Source: an uncultured Oligoflexus sp. (GTDB taxonomy: Bacteria > Bdellovibrionota_B > Oligoflexia > Oligoflexales > Oligoflexaceae). From it: a DNA stretch of 33,904 bases. The DNA is taken from NCBI GenBank assembly GCA_964236955.1, contig CAXSGP010000050.1, positions 1 through 33,904 on the forward strand, given 5' to 3'. The position numbers and the translations under genes are program-made. The notes beneath the pieces are model-generated. The model ran no database searches and was not told where the DNA came from. It was given only the letters and a program-made list of their open reading frames with translations. Positions 1 through 9,119 of this stretch are shown here, in pieces; position 1 is the stretch's first letter, and every line of letters begins with the position of its first letter.

Positions 1-201
1 CGACCAACGATTGAATCGGTTAAGGATCGTAGAGTAAGGCCCGAAGCACTCTGGTAGCTCTCGCCACGGAGCTCCACATCTCAGCTTCCAAAGCACAGCC
101 TCAATGAAAGAGCGGGTTTCCGGAGAAATGTGGACGCGTTGCATTCCCAAAATTGGCGCTAGCTTTGACCATTGATGGTCGCTTATCATCTGTCGTGGCA
201 T
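1..201 (-). CDS. IS5-family transposase, N-terminal part (DUF4096-type); runs off the left edge
   Basis: Not in the ORF track. Manual translation from ATG at 201 gives MPRQMISDHQWSKLAPILGMQRVHISPETRSFIEAVLWKLRCGAPWRELPECFGPYSTILNRFNRWS. This matches the IS5 pattern 'SDxQWxxLxP...RxxIEAVLWxLRxGxxWRxLPxxFGxxSTxxxRFxRW'. Confidence 0.93.
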   Translation of the reverse strand, partial: MPRQMISDHQWSKLAPILGMQRVHISPETRSFIEAVLWKLRCGAPWRELPECFGPYSTILNRFNRWS

Positions 202-305
202 TGGTTTTTTCTCTCTAATCGGATGTTGTAACTCGACTATTGAGAAAAATCCTTGTCACTTCAACTACTTATTGCAATCGTCATGCGATTTGATGAAAAC
301 ACGCC
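1..305 (-). mobile_element. Left end of an IS5-family insertion sequence (partial)
   Basis: Contains the transposase 5' end. The minus-strand sequence GGCGTGTTTTCATCAA starting at 305 resembles IS5-family terminal inverted repeats. The other end is outside the window, so the boundary is tentative. Confidence 0.65.
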
Positions 306-426
306 AAATCACCCGGTTAGAGTCATCTCGGATCCAGCCTATATTTTCAGCAAATTTTGAGTACAGCCCCTAAGTAATCCTGTTAGCAAGAATGGGCTTT
401 GGTGATTGGTTGAATCGAATTCGCTA

Positions 427-972
427 TCAATTTGAGCTGGCCAGGGTATGTCGGACTGTTAATACGCAGGCTTTTTCAAGTATTTGATGCAACATTTCTC
501 TGCTTGGCTCTTCGAGACGCAAATCGCCTTTTCCGCGGATTGTGAGTATCGACGACTTATTCAGGTAGATTTCGCCATGAACATCACCTTCGCCGTCTGG
601 CTGGGCTCTTACAATAATACCGGAAGCGAACAGGGCTTCTGGGTGTACGTTTTGGCGTTTGCAAGAGTTCTCGTATTCAATCTGATAGGTTCTGTCGTCT
701 CCATTAGGATTTGCTTCAAGGACTAAGATTTTGGATTCAGATGCCAAACGGCATTTTGTATCGCCGGCGTCAGTCGATTGGCACTCTACTACGCTATCAG
801 GCTTGGCTTTGGAAAATGCCTCTGGAGCGAGTGCCAATGGAAGCGATTGTGGATCGAGGTTGAGTAGAGGAGCCGCCGTTCCTGGCCCCGGTATCTCGAG
901 ATAATTGCTGTCAGAAGATTTGCCGCAAGCAGTGAGAATGAGAAGAGCAAAAAATAAATATGTTGGCTTCAT
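427..972 (-). CDS. Hypothetical lipoprotein
   Basis: The internal Met at 972 begins a classic lipoprotein signal, MKPTYLFFALLILTA-C. The 79-codon upstream extension in the ORF track looks non-coding. Confidence 0.7.
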   Translation of the reverse strand: MKPTYLFFALLILTACGKSSDSNYLEIPGPGTAAPLLNLDPQSLPLALAPEAFSKAKPDSVVECQSTDAGDTKCRLASESKILVLEANPNGDDRTYQIEYENSCKRQNVHPEALFASGIIVRAQPDGEGDVHGEIYLNKSSILTIRGKGDLRLEEPSREMLHQILEKACVLTVRHTLASSN

Positions 973-1302
973 GAGAACCCCGAATGAGAAGTAAAACATG
1001 TCCAAAAAGGGAATGCTTTTAAAAGTCATATAGACAATATTCATGACCAGTGCAACTCTATTCTCATCTAATTCGATTATATGCCTACAACGACATGATC
1101 TCAGAGAGTTACAAATGAAAATAGCTCTTAGAACGCGCTGTTTCATAGATATCAATCGTATGGACCGGGTTAGGGCGCCCCGAGTCGCCCGTATGCGGCT
1201 ACTTCCCATTTCTCAAAATTATCGACAATTCGGTTCCAAGATCAAAATAAGTTGAACTCACACCCAACACTATTCATACTGATACGAGCGCTTTCTATTC
1301 TC

Positions 1303-2487
1303 TCACGCTGAATCTCGAATTAAAGGCACAATAATCGCCTTAGAAAACGGTTTGCGGAACTTTAACTTAATCGAATCAGGGACCGTCCCCTCTTTTCTCT
1401 TAGCAAGAAAAGCAAATTTTTTAGACTCGTTCGATTTTAGTTCATTCGATGGTGATTGAGAATCAACTATACCCGCACCACTTTTTGAAGCGGCGGAGAA
1501 AATCATTACGAGAGCAGAAAATATGAATGTCTCTGGGCGATCTCCACTGACAGTCGGAGTTCCGTTAGGAAGTATGATTGGGCGTTTTTCGATCTCAGAC
1601 TTAACATTTTCAATTTCCGCACTTGAAGGGGAGCTCACCTTGTCGCCTTCGGAAAACTCTGGGGAAAATTGAACCTGTTCAGTTATTTTCGACGTATTTT
1701 TAACATTGCATACTTTTAGAATCAAGGTCTTCGATGTAGGGACATCATTTGCAATACAATTAGAGCCGACAAGGATCAGTGGAGAGATCTGCGACGAATC
1801 AAATTTAAGAGTCGCACAAGAAAGCAAACTAGATAAGACAAGTGCACCGGCAACGAATCTGGGCTTGGACTTATTTCTTATAACCAGCCCGTCCTTCGTT
1901 CGAGTACCAAGCAGGGCTCCGGTTAATCTTTGAAAGGGTTCAAGCTCGCTGCGGAATGCATCAAGTGCTCCGAGTCTATGCGTTCTGGAAATGCTTTCAC
2001 GAAATTTTTCTTCCCCATGGACTCTAATATCCTCGTCTAATTGAAGCTCAAGGCTTTCAGGAGTTAACGTTTTTCTAAAGCCGTGGGCCTTGGTGGACCG
2101 TAAGTTCTCCAGCCATGCACGCTCTGGGGACGCAATATATAGACCTCCAACGAAAGGCATGTCGCCGTCAAGCGCACCAGGCCCTTTCATGAGATGCACG
2201 ATCATTCCCGGCAGCTTTATTTTTTTGGTGTAGACGTAGGTCAGTACGATATTTTCGTCTTTGGGTCCGGCCTCCATTGCACTTCGATGGCTCATTACGC
2301 CGCCTGAATAAAACATTCCCAAGATGACATAAAAATTGCGCCTGAGGAGGACGCCCTCGTCCTCTTGGATTGATGTCGTGTATATGTTTGCAACCAGCTT
2401 CTTCAATTCTCCGGCCTCGTTGATCCTGCTCTCAATATTGCTCAAATCGAAGCTTCGGTTTCTGCTTCCTCTCATCGTAATGTGCAC
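1303..2487 (-). CDS. Chimeric ORF: N-terminal region of a Fic-family protein (catalytic domain missing) fused in frame to a lipoprotein-like sequence; probably a pseudogene junction
   Basis: Residues ~25-198 (LKKLVANIYTT...RRNFYVILG...SHRSAME...LPG...GPG...D.PF..GLYIAS.ERAWLENL...GALLGTR) resemble the N-terminal part of long Fic proteins. There is no HPFxDGNGR motif. Residues ~203-223 are a basic-hydrophobic-LLSC lipoprotein signal. Confidence 0.6.
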   Translation of the reverse strand: MHITMRGSRNRSFDLSNIESRINEAGELKKLVANIYTTSIQEDEGVLLRRNFYVILGMFYSGGVMSHRSAMEAGPKDENIVLTYVYTKKIKLPGMIVHLMKGPGALDGDMPFVGGLYIASPERAWLENLRSTKAHGFRKTLTPESLELQLDEDIRVHGEEKFRESISRTHRLGALDAFRSELEPFQRLTGALLGTRTKDGLVIRNKSKPRFVAGALVLSSLLSCATLKFDSSQISPLILVGSNCIANDVPTSKTLILKVCNVKNTSKITEQVQFSPEFSEGDKVSSPSSAEIENVKSEIEKRPIILPNGTPTVSGDRPETFIFSALVMIFSAASKSGAGIVDSQSPSNELKSNESKKFAFLAKRKEGTVPDSIKLKFRKPFSKAIIVPLIRDSA

Positions 2488-2564
2488 TGAAGCTTTCTGG
2501 AAACAGCTTCAATGATTCTAATCTGATTTTTCGATATTCTGAGGCTTTTGCAAGCTTCGCCAAT

Positions 2565-2759
2565 CTACCGGCTTACGCAAAGTATAATGTGCCGGCGCTG
2601 AATAATAAGTGTACTGCAATACCAATCCCCCAGAGTTCCCGTCGGGACAGATGGGTTTTCATTGGTAACGTCTTTTAAATTTTTAGTAATTTTGCTGTCG
2701 CTCTTATTGTAAACATGTTCTATTCCTTTCCGGCAAACGATGAAAATTTTCATTTGCAT
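2565..2759 (-). pseudogene. Truncated DUF6933-like gene remnant
   Basis: The motif LGDWYCSTLIIQRRHIILCVS resembles the 'LGDWYAN.....RR...L.V' core of DUF6933-type proteins, but the ORF stops at 64 aa. Confidence 0.45.
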
Positions 2760-2908
2760 GGAGAAACATAAAGGATCGTCAGTACATGCACGTGCTCGAG
2801 AAAAGCTTTAACGGACTATCGTCTGATAACTCATACTTTCAAAATGCATCTAAGTATGCAACAGTTTAGCCATTTATGGAGAAATAGAATTTAAAATAGA
2901 GAGTCATT

Positions 2909-3310
2909 ATGCCAAAAGTTCTTATAAACATTGATGTAGGCGATATTAACCAGGCTGAAAGCTTTTACTGCAAAACCTTTGGCTTATCGGTAAAGCAACG
3001 TTTAAGTGCCAACACATTGGAGCTGGCAGGGTTGGGTAGCCCGGTTTTTTTGATTGAAAACAAAGCCGGAACCACGTGCTATCCGGGTGCGGAGCAGACT
3101 AGACACTATAATCGACATTGGACGCCGGTCCATTTAGATATCGTAGTGGAAAACATAGAAGTTTCCTTCGATAAGGCTTTGATTGCCGGAGCGTCAAAGG
3201 AAAGTGAAATAAGTACGACTTCATTTGGCAGGATCGCTCTATGTTCTGACCCATTCGGTAACGGTTTCTGCCTCATTCAGTTTAATGAAAAAGGTTATAC
3301 CTCTATTTGA
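2909..3310 (+). CDS. VOC/glyoxalase/bleomycin-resistance family protein
   Basis: Motifs NIDVGDI..AESFY..TFGL, RHWTPVHLDIVV and DPFGNGFCLIQF; GAGAG RBS upstream. Confidence 0.92.
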   Translation: MPKVLINIDVGDINQAESFYCKTFGLSVKQRLSANTLELAGLGSPVFLIENKAGTTCYPGAEQTRHYNRHWTPVHLDIVVENIEVSFDKALIAGASKESEISTTSFGRIALCSDPFGNGFCLIQFNEKGYTSI

Positions 3311-3779
3311 CGCCAGATCATTTAACAAAAGTTTTAGCTAACTTTCCCAAATGTATAGCCACTGCAATTTCAAAAGAAATGTATTCATTTTTGTAAACTC
3401 AATGCAAATGAGCCTCGTTGAGATCCCAGTGAGCATGACTCCGAAAATTTGCCCACTTGTTATCCCCTGCTTTTAATTATAAGGCTGACAGGAACATTAT
3501 TCGGATTAAATAGCGCATTGACTCATAAAGCACTGCCGGGTGCCTAGGAATATTGCCGTTGTGTTCTGCAAAAATGATGGTCGAAGAAACGTTTAATGGG
3601 GGCCGTCGGGATACGGCCACCTAGCCGGAATTAAGTGCGGGCTAGTTCTCCTCTGGAGTTGACGCTCCTGCCTGTGATAAAACATCTAATCTTTTGATCC
3701 TAGGTATATTTCCTATTCCTGATTTATTCCATTGCCCCAGTCACTGTAGGAAATAAGCTGGCCTGATCCTAAAAATAAA

Positions 3780-4487
3780 CTAGGACCGTTTTCTGGAAGA
3801 AATCTCTCCTGATTTCGACACCAGCGAAAATCTCGGAATATGAATTCCGTCGCAAATTCTTGCTCCATCTTCAATCACAGCGAAATCGTGGATGAAAGCG
3901 CCTTGTCCTATAGCAACGTCGTTACCGATCTTCACGCAATGGGCAATAATCGAAGAGCCACCGACATTTACCCGGTTGCCAATATTCGCCTTAAGTCCAA
4001 CCGAGGCACGAAATCCAAAAGTGCAATCCTCACCAATTCGGGAACCCAAGCCTATAGCACACTGTTGATCCAGCACTGTTCTTGAACCGATAACGATCGG
4101 GCCGACTTTGATTGATTTTTGATCAGGGGAAACCTGATTTGTGCCCAAGAGTATTCCATCACCCATATAGACGTCATCTCCGAAATCCAAAACTGCGAGG
4201 TCTCGCAGCCACAGAGCAGGATAGATTGTAAAGTTCAGTTTCCCCTTGTAACCAAAAGTACGAAAAAAGAGTTCTTTTAGACTTGAATGTGTCAAAATAA
4301 TATTCATTGCAATCGGGTTGTAGACATATTCGCGGAGGAACTTGGTATAAAGAAGTCTCGAACGATAAACCACGTTCGAGGCATCTCGAGCAAATGTTCC
4401 AGGTTTGATATTCGGAATGGATTCTGCGAACTCGGGCATCCTCGCGAGGGCTTGCAAAGCGGTCTGGATTTGATCTGCTGAATACAA
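3780..4487 (-). CDS. Hexapeptide-repeat (left-handed beta-helix) acyltransferase-like protein
   Basis: Repeated [IV]Gxx[VC]x[IV]G hexapeptides in the C-terminal half; TTG start with a GAGGTG RBS. Confidence 0.85.
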   Translation of the reverse strand: MYSADQIQTALQALARMPEFAESIPNIKPGTFARDASNVVYRSRLLYTKFLREYVYNPIAMNIILTHSSLKELFFRTFGYKGKLNFTIYPALWLRDLAVLDFGDDVYMGDGILLGTNQVSPDQKSIKVGPIVIGSRTVLDQQCAIGLGSRIGEDCTFGFRASVGLKANIGNRVNVGGSSIIAHCVKIGNDVAIGQGAFIHDFAVIEDGARICDGIHIPRFSLVSKSGEISSRKRS

Positions 4488-4523
4488 GGTTCACCTCAAT
4501 AGGGTAGAATTGCGTGAAATATA

Positions 4524-4538
4524 GCAGTAACTATGCCA
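4524..4538 (-). promoter_or_regulatory. Sigma54 (-24/-12) promoter for the acyltransferase gene
   Basis: Minus strand reads TGGCATAGTTACTGC, with exact GG-N10-GC spacing, ~37 nt upstream of the start codon. Confidence 0.65.
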
Positions 4539-4588
4539 CAGAAAAATATGATTCCTATGAGATGGTTAAATAAAAATCCAGAAGTAAA

Positions 4589-4607
4589 TTGTCTAGAATA
4601 TTGACAA
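4589..4607. promoter_or_regulatory. Palindromic site TTGTC-N9-GACAA, candidate enhancer-binding-protein site
   Basis: Inverted repeat 50-70 bp upstream of the -24 element with an AT-rich spacer; a further TTGTC half-site lies at 4621. Confidence 0.45.
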
Positions 4608-5172
4608 ATCAATCTTTGGCTTGTCCAAATCTACCCTTTACTGTTCCTATTGCGAAGCGGTTCGCTCCGCATTTTTCAGAGAATGGATGTATGGAATAAA
4701 ATATGTTGAGACAAACGTAAGCGGCAACAGGTTGCGAAGCTCCGACTCAGGGGAGAAGTTTGGCAAAGTCTGACCGCGTAGAGTGGATAGCGTAATGTGT
4801 TCCTTCCACTCCCAAAAGCGAAGAAGAATAGGTCGCAACCAGCGATGATATATTTTAAATTTTAAAAAAAGCGCGAGCAGCGCTAGTTTTGCCGTCCGAG
4901 GACTTTTATACCGTCGCTCTATCGCCTGCTTATGAGGGTGCCATGTCAGGTGACGCTTTGGATGCAAGTCTCGTTCAAATACGTGCTTATGACTCAGGGT
5001 TGTTTAAAAATACTGGCCCCCCATGCTCGCCTTCATTAAGCATGCGTGACCAACAGGATTCGATTTAACTCTTTGAATTTATAACTCAGAATTACCTAAT
5101 TATTAAATTTGTATAGAATTTCGCCTCTCATTTGGTATATCCGGAATAAGTTACATTGAACTTGGAGTCCTT

Positions 5173-6585
5173 ATGAAATTTATTTCCAGGCGTGGACTTA
5201 TTAAAGGCGGCGCGGCTGCGGCACTCGGCAGGGCAACAATTGCATCCTCATCTCCGAGAGGCGAGCCCAGGGTCATGGAGCGGGACGTCTGTATCTTAGG
5301 CGCAGGAGCCTCGGGCATGTATGCCGCTGGTCGGCTTAAAGAAATGGGATACTCCGTCGTCGTTCTCGAAAAGCTCGACCGCGTTGGAGGTCACGCCCAC
5401 ACGCATAAGGATGCAGCGACAGGCGAGTTTCAGGAGATGGGCGTTAGGATTTTCCCCGATGTCGATATTATCCAAAAGACCTATAAGCGTTATGGAATAC
5501 GGCTAAACCGCATCGACCTCAATCAGGGCAAGCGAAAATACGTCGACATCCGGACGGGGAAAGAGTCGGGATTTAAGACGCCCAATGTCTTTAAAATTCT
5601 TTATTCTCTTTTAAAATACGAGATCCTCGCCCACACCAAGTTTAAATACGTTTATAAAGAGGGTTTTGAACTTCCCGACGACCTTTCCGAAGAGCTTCTC
5701 ATGCCATTTGGTGAATACCTTCGCAAACATAAAATTAACGAAGGCTTTGCTCCAGTCACTCACTATCTGCAGGGCTACGGGCGAGTAAAAGACTTGTTGA
5801 CAATCTACGCCTACAAAAATATGAAGCCCTACATTACCCAAAACATTCGCCAGAATTCTTTCGTGGCTCCAGAAAACGGCGCCAGCGAAATATATGAAAA
5901 GATCGCAGCCGAACTCGAGGGCGACGTAATCCTTCAAAGCAGCCTCCAAAGCGTCAGACGCGGTGAAGATTTTGTCGAAGTCCTCGCCGACACTCCCAAC
6001 GGTCTTGTCTCAGTAAAATCAAAAAAACTCATCGTTAGCTTTGCCCCTATGCTCAAAAACATGGAAGTCTTAGATCTCGACGAGAAAGAAAGGGATATTT
6101 TCTCTCGCTTCAAGTCAGGCTACTACTGGACCGCTCTAGCGCGCTTTGATAACGTCCCGGAAAAAACCATCCTGTTTAACGTAGCATCCACCGACATCCT
6201 CGAAGGACAGATCTTCCCAGGCATGTACTCGACAGTTCCGACGTCCATTCCAGGCCAGTGGAATATTCTCTTTGGAAGCCCCGACAACCTAAGCGAGGAT
6301 GAAGTTAAAGCCCGCATAGTAAACGACATGGAGAACATGTCGGGCGATGGCAAGGTTCTCCCGGCTGGAGTTACGTTCCAAGGCTTCACTAAGTTCCTTA
6401 ATCACACGCCCTTTGGCCTCACGGTAAGTGCCGATGACATAAGAGGTGGCTTCTATAAGCGTCTCACTGCACTTCAGGGCTTAAAAAATACCTTCTACCT
6501 CGGAGCGGCCCTCGACACGAATGATACTTCTTCGGTTTGGCTTCACGCCGAAAAAATAGTGAAAGATCACTTTCAAAAGGCGTAA
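5173..6585 (+). CDS. Tat-exported FAD-dependent oxidoreductase (flavin amine oxidase superfamily)
   Basis: Twin-arginine signal SRRGLIK; Rossmann motif DVCILGAGASG; EK..RVGGH motif; C-terminal LQG..NTFYLGAA; GGAG RBS. Confidence 0.9.
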   Translation: MKFISRRGLIKGGAAAALGRATIASSSPRGEPRVMERDVCILGAGASGMYAAGRLKEMGYSVVVLEKLDRVGGHAHTHKDAATGEFQEMGVRIFPDVDIIQKTYKRYGIRLNRIDLNQGKRKYVDIRTGKESGFKTPNVFKILYSLLKYEILAHTKFKYVYKEGFELPDDLSEELLMPFGEYLRKHKINEGFAPVTHYLQGYGRVKDLLTIYAYKNMKPYITQNIRQNSFVAPENGASEIYEKIAAELEGDVILQSSLQSVRRGEDFVEVLADTPNGLVSVKSKKLIVSFAPMLKNMEVLDLDEKERDIFSRFKSGYYWTALARFDNVPEKTILFNVASTDILEGQIFPGMYSTVPTSIPGQWNILFGSPDNLSEDEVKARIVNDMENMSGDGKVLPAGVTFQGFTKFLNHTPFGLTVSADDIRGGFYKRLTALQGLKNTFYLGAALDTNDTSSVWLHAEKIVKDHFQKA

Positions 6586-6617
6586 AAGAAAGCCCGACGC
6601 GTTTAGCAAAGATCTTT

Positions 6618-6652
6618 GGTTGCCGGGGCGGAAAGCCTCGGGAACCTTTTTT
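6618..6652 (+). terminator. Rho-independent terminator
   Basis: GGTTGCCGGGGC-GGAAA-GCCTCGGGAACC followed by T6, 32 nt after the oxidoreductase stop. Confidence 0.75.
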
Positions 6653-6900
6653 ACCTTTCGTTTGCGGGAGCAGGCTTTGTGCTATGGATGATGACGAAGA
6701 CCGGAACTAACCTGCTCATGCGTCTTGCCAGTAAAGAAATAAGATTTAATGCCGTCAGAAAATCAAAGTATCCTCCGAGTGCCCGGAAAAAGCACCCGCT
6801 CGCCATGAACCTACAATATCAAACCGCGACTGCCCGTTTGATACTGGCCTAGGGTCACCTGGCTCAATGATGCCCAGCAAAGGCAAAAATCTTTTCACCA

Positions 6901-7890
6901 TTAAAGATGCCTTATCCGCACCAATTGCAGGCCCTTGAGACTGGGATGATGCCGATAAAATCGCGCATATTCTAAAAAATCCTCTTCCACGACGCGACCC
7001 TTGGCGGCCGAAGCGTGACGCATCACAATCCCATCGCCCTTCAGGAGAATCAAGGCCTGATGGGAGACATCAATCCTCGTTCCAATAAAGCGGACCGTAT
7101 CCCAATCGGGCCTTACGAAGTTGACGAGTAGGGCGTTCGCCTTAAGCTCAGACTTTAATTTGACAAGGGCTTCGGGGCTATTGAGCAAAGCGGAGAAGGA
7201 AAGAAAATGGATCGTGACGGTTTGGGGTTTTTCCTGCGGAGCATCAGCATCAAAGGCCTTGAGTTCAGCACCATGAAGCTTTTGATACCAGGCCCTTCGA
7301 TCGATCCGAGTAGTCGATTCCCCAAGGCTAAGCCCAAAGCTGCCGGTAATGTCTTCGAGAGCGCCACGGGCGATGTGATAGGGCATCCAATCTCTGGAAA
7401 TAAAATGCAAGCGATCGACAAATGCGATACGGCCGTCGCGATATCGAATCCTCTGCAAGGCCTTTGTCCAATCCAACGGGGGCTGGCTGAAGCTGAGCGC
7501 CCAAACTGTTTCAACAAAGGTTGTGCAATCAAAGGCATCCACCCGGAAGAGGGGATCAGCGTCATAAGCATGAGGACCTTCGCCCAGCGCATTGTCTCGA
7601 AAAGCCAGACCAAGAAAATACTCGCTAACCTTGTCCATCGACTCGCCCTGGGGAAGATTTGCTTCGACAGTGAGGGAATGGGGCCATTTATCGTTTCGGA
7701 CCAGGCTGCGAAAAGTCCCGGTGAAAAGGCCATCAGTCCCCAAAGACTCAAAAGCGGAATTCTGCCCTCGCGTCCCCACGGCATCCCATCCTTTTGCAAA
7801 GGCAAGGCTTGGTCCCCGGTCCTGGCTTGCCATCCCGTTCATTCCAAGGAGACTGATCGTGAGGCTTCGATAAAGCGATGCTTGCGTCAT
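6901..7890 (-). CDS. DUF1460 / NlpC-P60-like N-acetylmuramoyl-L-alanine amidase-type protein
   Basis: Motifs LGEG....D.DPLFRVDAFDCTTFVETV (catalytic Cys), IRY..G......RLHF...DW, SHQAL and RHAS. Confidence 0.88.
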   Translation of the reverse strand: MTQASLYRSLTISLLGMNGMASQDRGPSLAFAKGWDAVGTRGQNSAFESLGTDGLFTGTFRSLVRNDKWPHSLTVEANLPQGESMDKVSEYFLGLAFRDNALGEGPHAYDADPLFRVDAFDCTTFVETVWALSFSQPPLDWTKALQRIRYRDGRIAFVDRLHFISRDWMPYHIARGALEDITGSFGLSLGESTTRIDRRAWYQKLHGAELKAFDADAPQEKPQTVTIHFLSFSALLNSPEALVKLKSELKANALLVNFVRPDWDTVRFIGTRIDVSHQALILLKGDGIVMRHASAAKGRVVEEDFLEYARFYRHHPSLKGLQLVRIRHL

Positions 7891-8033
7891 GAGAGCGGAT
7901 CCTTTACGCGAACTAAGGCACGGGCCGTGCTGCTAGGAACTTGCCTTCCACAGCTGGCACTCAAAAAACCACAGCGATAGGTGATTTCGGTGGTTCTCAA
8001 GGCCTCATCCCGCTAGGCTAGCAAACCCTAATA

Positions 8034-9119
8034 CTAGCGCCGATGTCCAACGGAAAATTCATAGTCGTGCGTTGCACCCTGACCGTCACCCACAGTTAAC
8101 TTTAGTAAATGTTCCGCTTTATCGTCGATTTTTATGAGGACCGAGCTGCCCTCGGTGGTTTTGCCCTCAAACGCCCATTTATACGCAAATGCCGCCAAAG
8201 ATTTAGCAGGGTTTTGTAGAATATTCTTATTGGCGATGACAGTATACTGGATCACATTATCCGTCGCGAAAGCGTCTAGCGTCACAATTTCAGGCAGCGA
8301 TCGGTCGTTCAGTAGCTTGCTGCGAGAGCCGGCACTATTGAGAAGAACCGCCAATGAGTTTTCCGTTTCCCCTGGATTGTCGACAACGGGGCCTGTTAGG
8401 TTAAAAGAATTGGCATCGACTGCCACCGCAGTCCGCATCAGGGCTTGATCATTTTCGATATGCCGCGCGCCAAGGGAGTGAGCGATCTCATGAGCAATTG
8501 CATGGGTGAGATCGACGCGGGCGCTATTGGAGTTGCCAATGTTTTTAAGCACGAGGGGATAGATAAACAAAATATCATTGCCATTGCGATTGCCCAAATC
8601 CAGAGGAGAAATACCGAGAATACCAGGCTTTTTGGTAAAATTATCACCACCGATAAGGACGTGCGAAAAAAGCTTTTCCGTGGGCCGGGTCAGGGTAAGC
8701 TTGATATCGACGTCGGGAAAAAGGGGAACCAATGCCTGGATGATCGCTAACTTTAAAGATTCACGATTGTCATTGGAGCCGATGTCTGACGGGAAAAAGG
8801 GGGGAATAGCAACCGTATCGAGCCCAGCATTTTTAACGATAAAGGATTCCTCGCCCGTTACGTCCGCGCCTTCAAAATCTATCCAGAAGACGCTATTAAA
8901 TCGCCCCGATCCTGCAAATCCTTGGGCGTTGATAGCAAAGGGTGGAACTTCGGTATCGCGCAGCTCTTCGCGATCGCTGCTTGGCCAAGATATAGGGATG
9001 GGACCAGTGGCGATCTTGCCTTTCGTCTGAACTTTATCCTTGCTGCTGCATCCCTGCGCTTGCAATCCAAGGGCAATCAGCGCTAGCAGCATGGCGTTAT
9101 AAGTATGAATGTGTTTCAT
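8034..9119 (-). CDS. Zinc metalloprotease lipoprotein (metzincin/matrixin-like) with a C-terminal PKD-like beta domain
   Basis: HEIAHSLGARH (HExxHxxGxxH) plus the Met-turn ALM. The Met at 9119 has a GAAGG RBS and a signal ending AQG-C. The C-terminal YKWAF...LTVGD..G is PKD-like. Confidence 0.85.
   Translation of the reverse strand: MKHIHTYNAMLLALIALGLQAQGCSSKDKVQTKGKIATGPIPISWPSSDREELRDTEVPPFAINAQGFAGSGRFNSVFWIDFEGADVTGEESFIVKNAGLDTVAIPPFFPSDIGSNDNRESLKLAIIQALVPLFPDVDIKLTLTRPTEKLFSHVLIGGDNFTKKPGILGISPLDLGNRNGNDILFIYPLVLKNIGNSNSARVDLTHAIAHEIAHSLGARHIENDQALMRTAVAVDANSFNLTGPVVDNPGETENSLAVLLNSAGSRSKLLNDRSLPEIVTLDAFATDNVIQYTVIANKNILQNPAKSLAAFAYKWAFEGKTTEGSSVLIKIDDKAEHLLKLTVGDGQGATHDYEFSVGHRR

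Noticed and set aside
4647..4967. 106-aa minus-strand ORF
   Set aside because: No motif, no clear RBS and atypical composition.
7155..7980. 216-aa and 257-aa ORFs overlapping the amidase
   Set aside because: Alternative-frame or antisense shadows of a well-supported gene.
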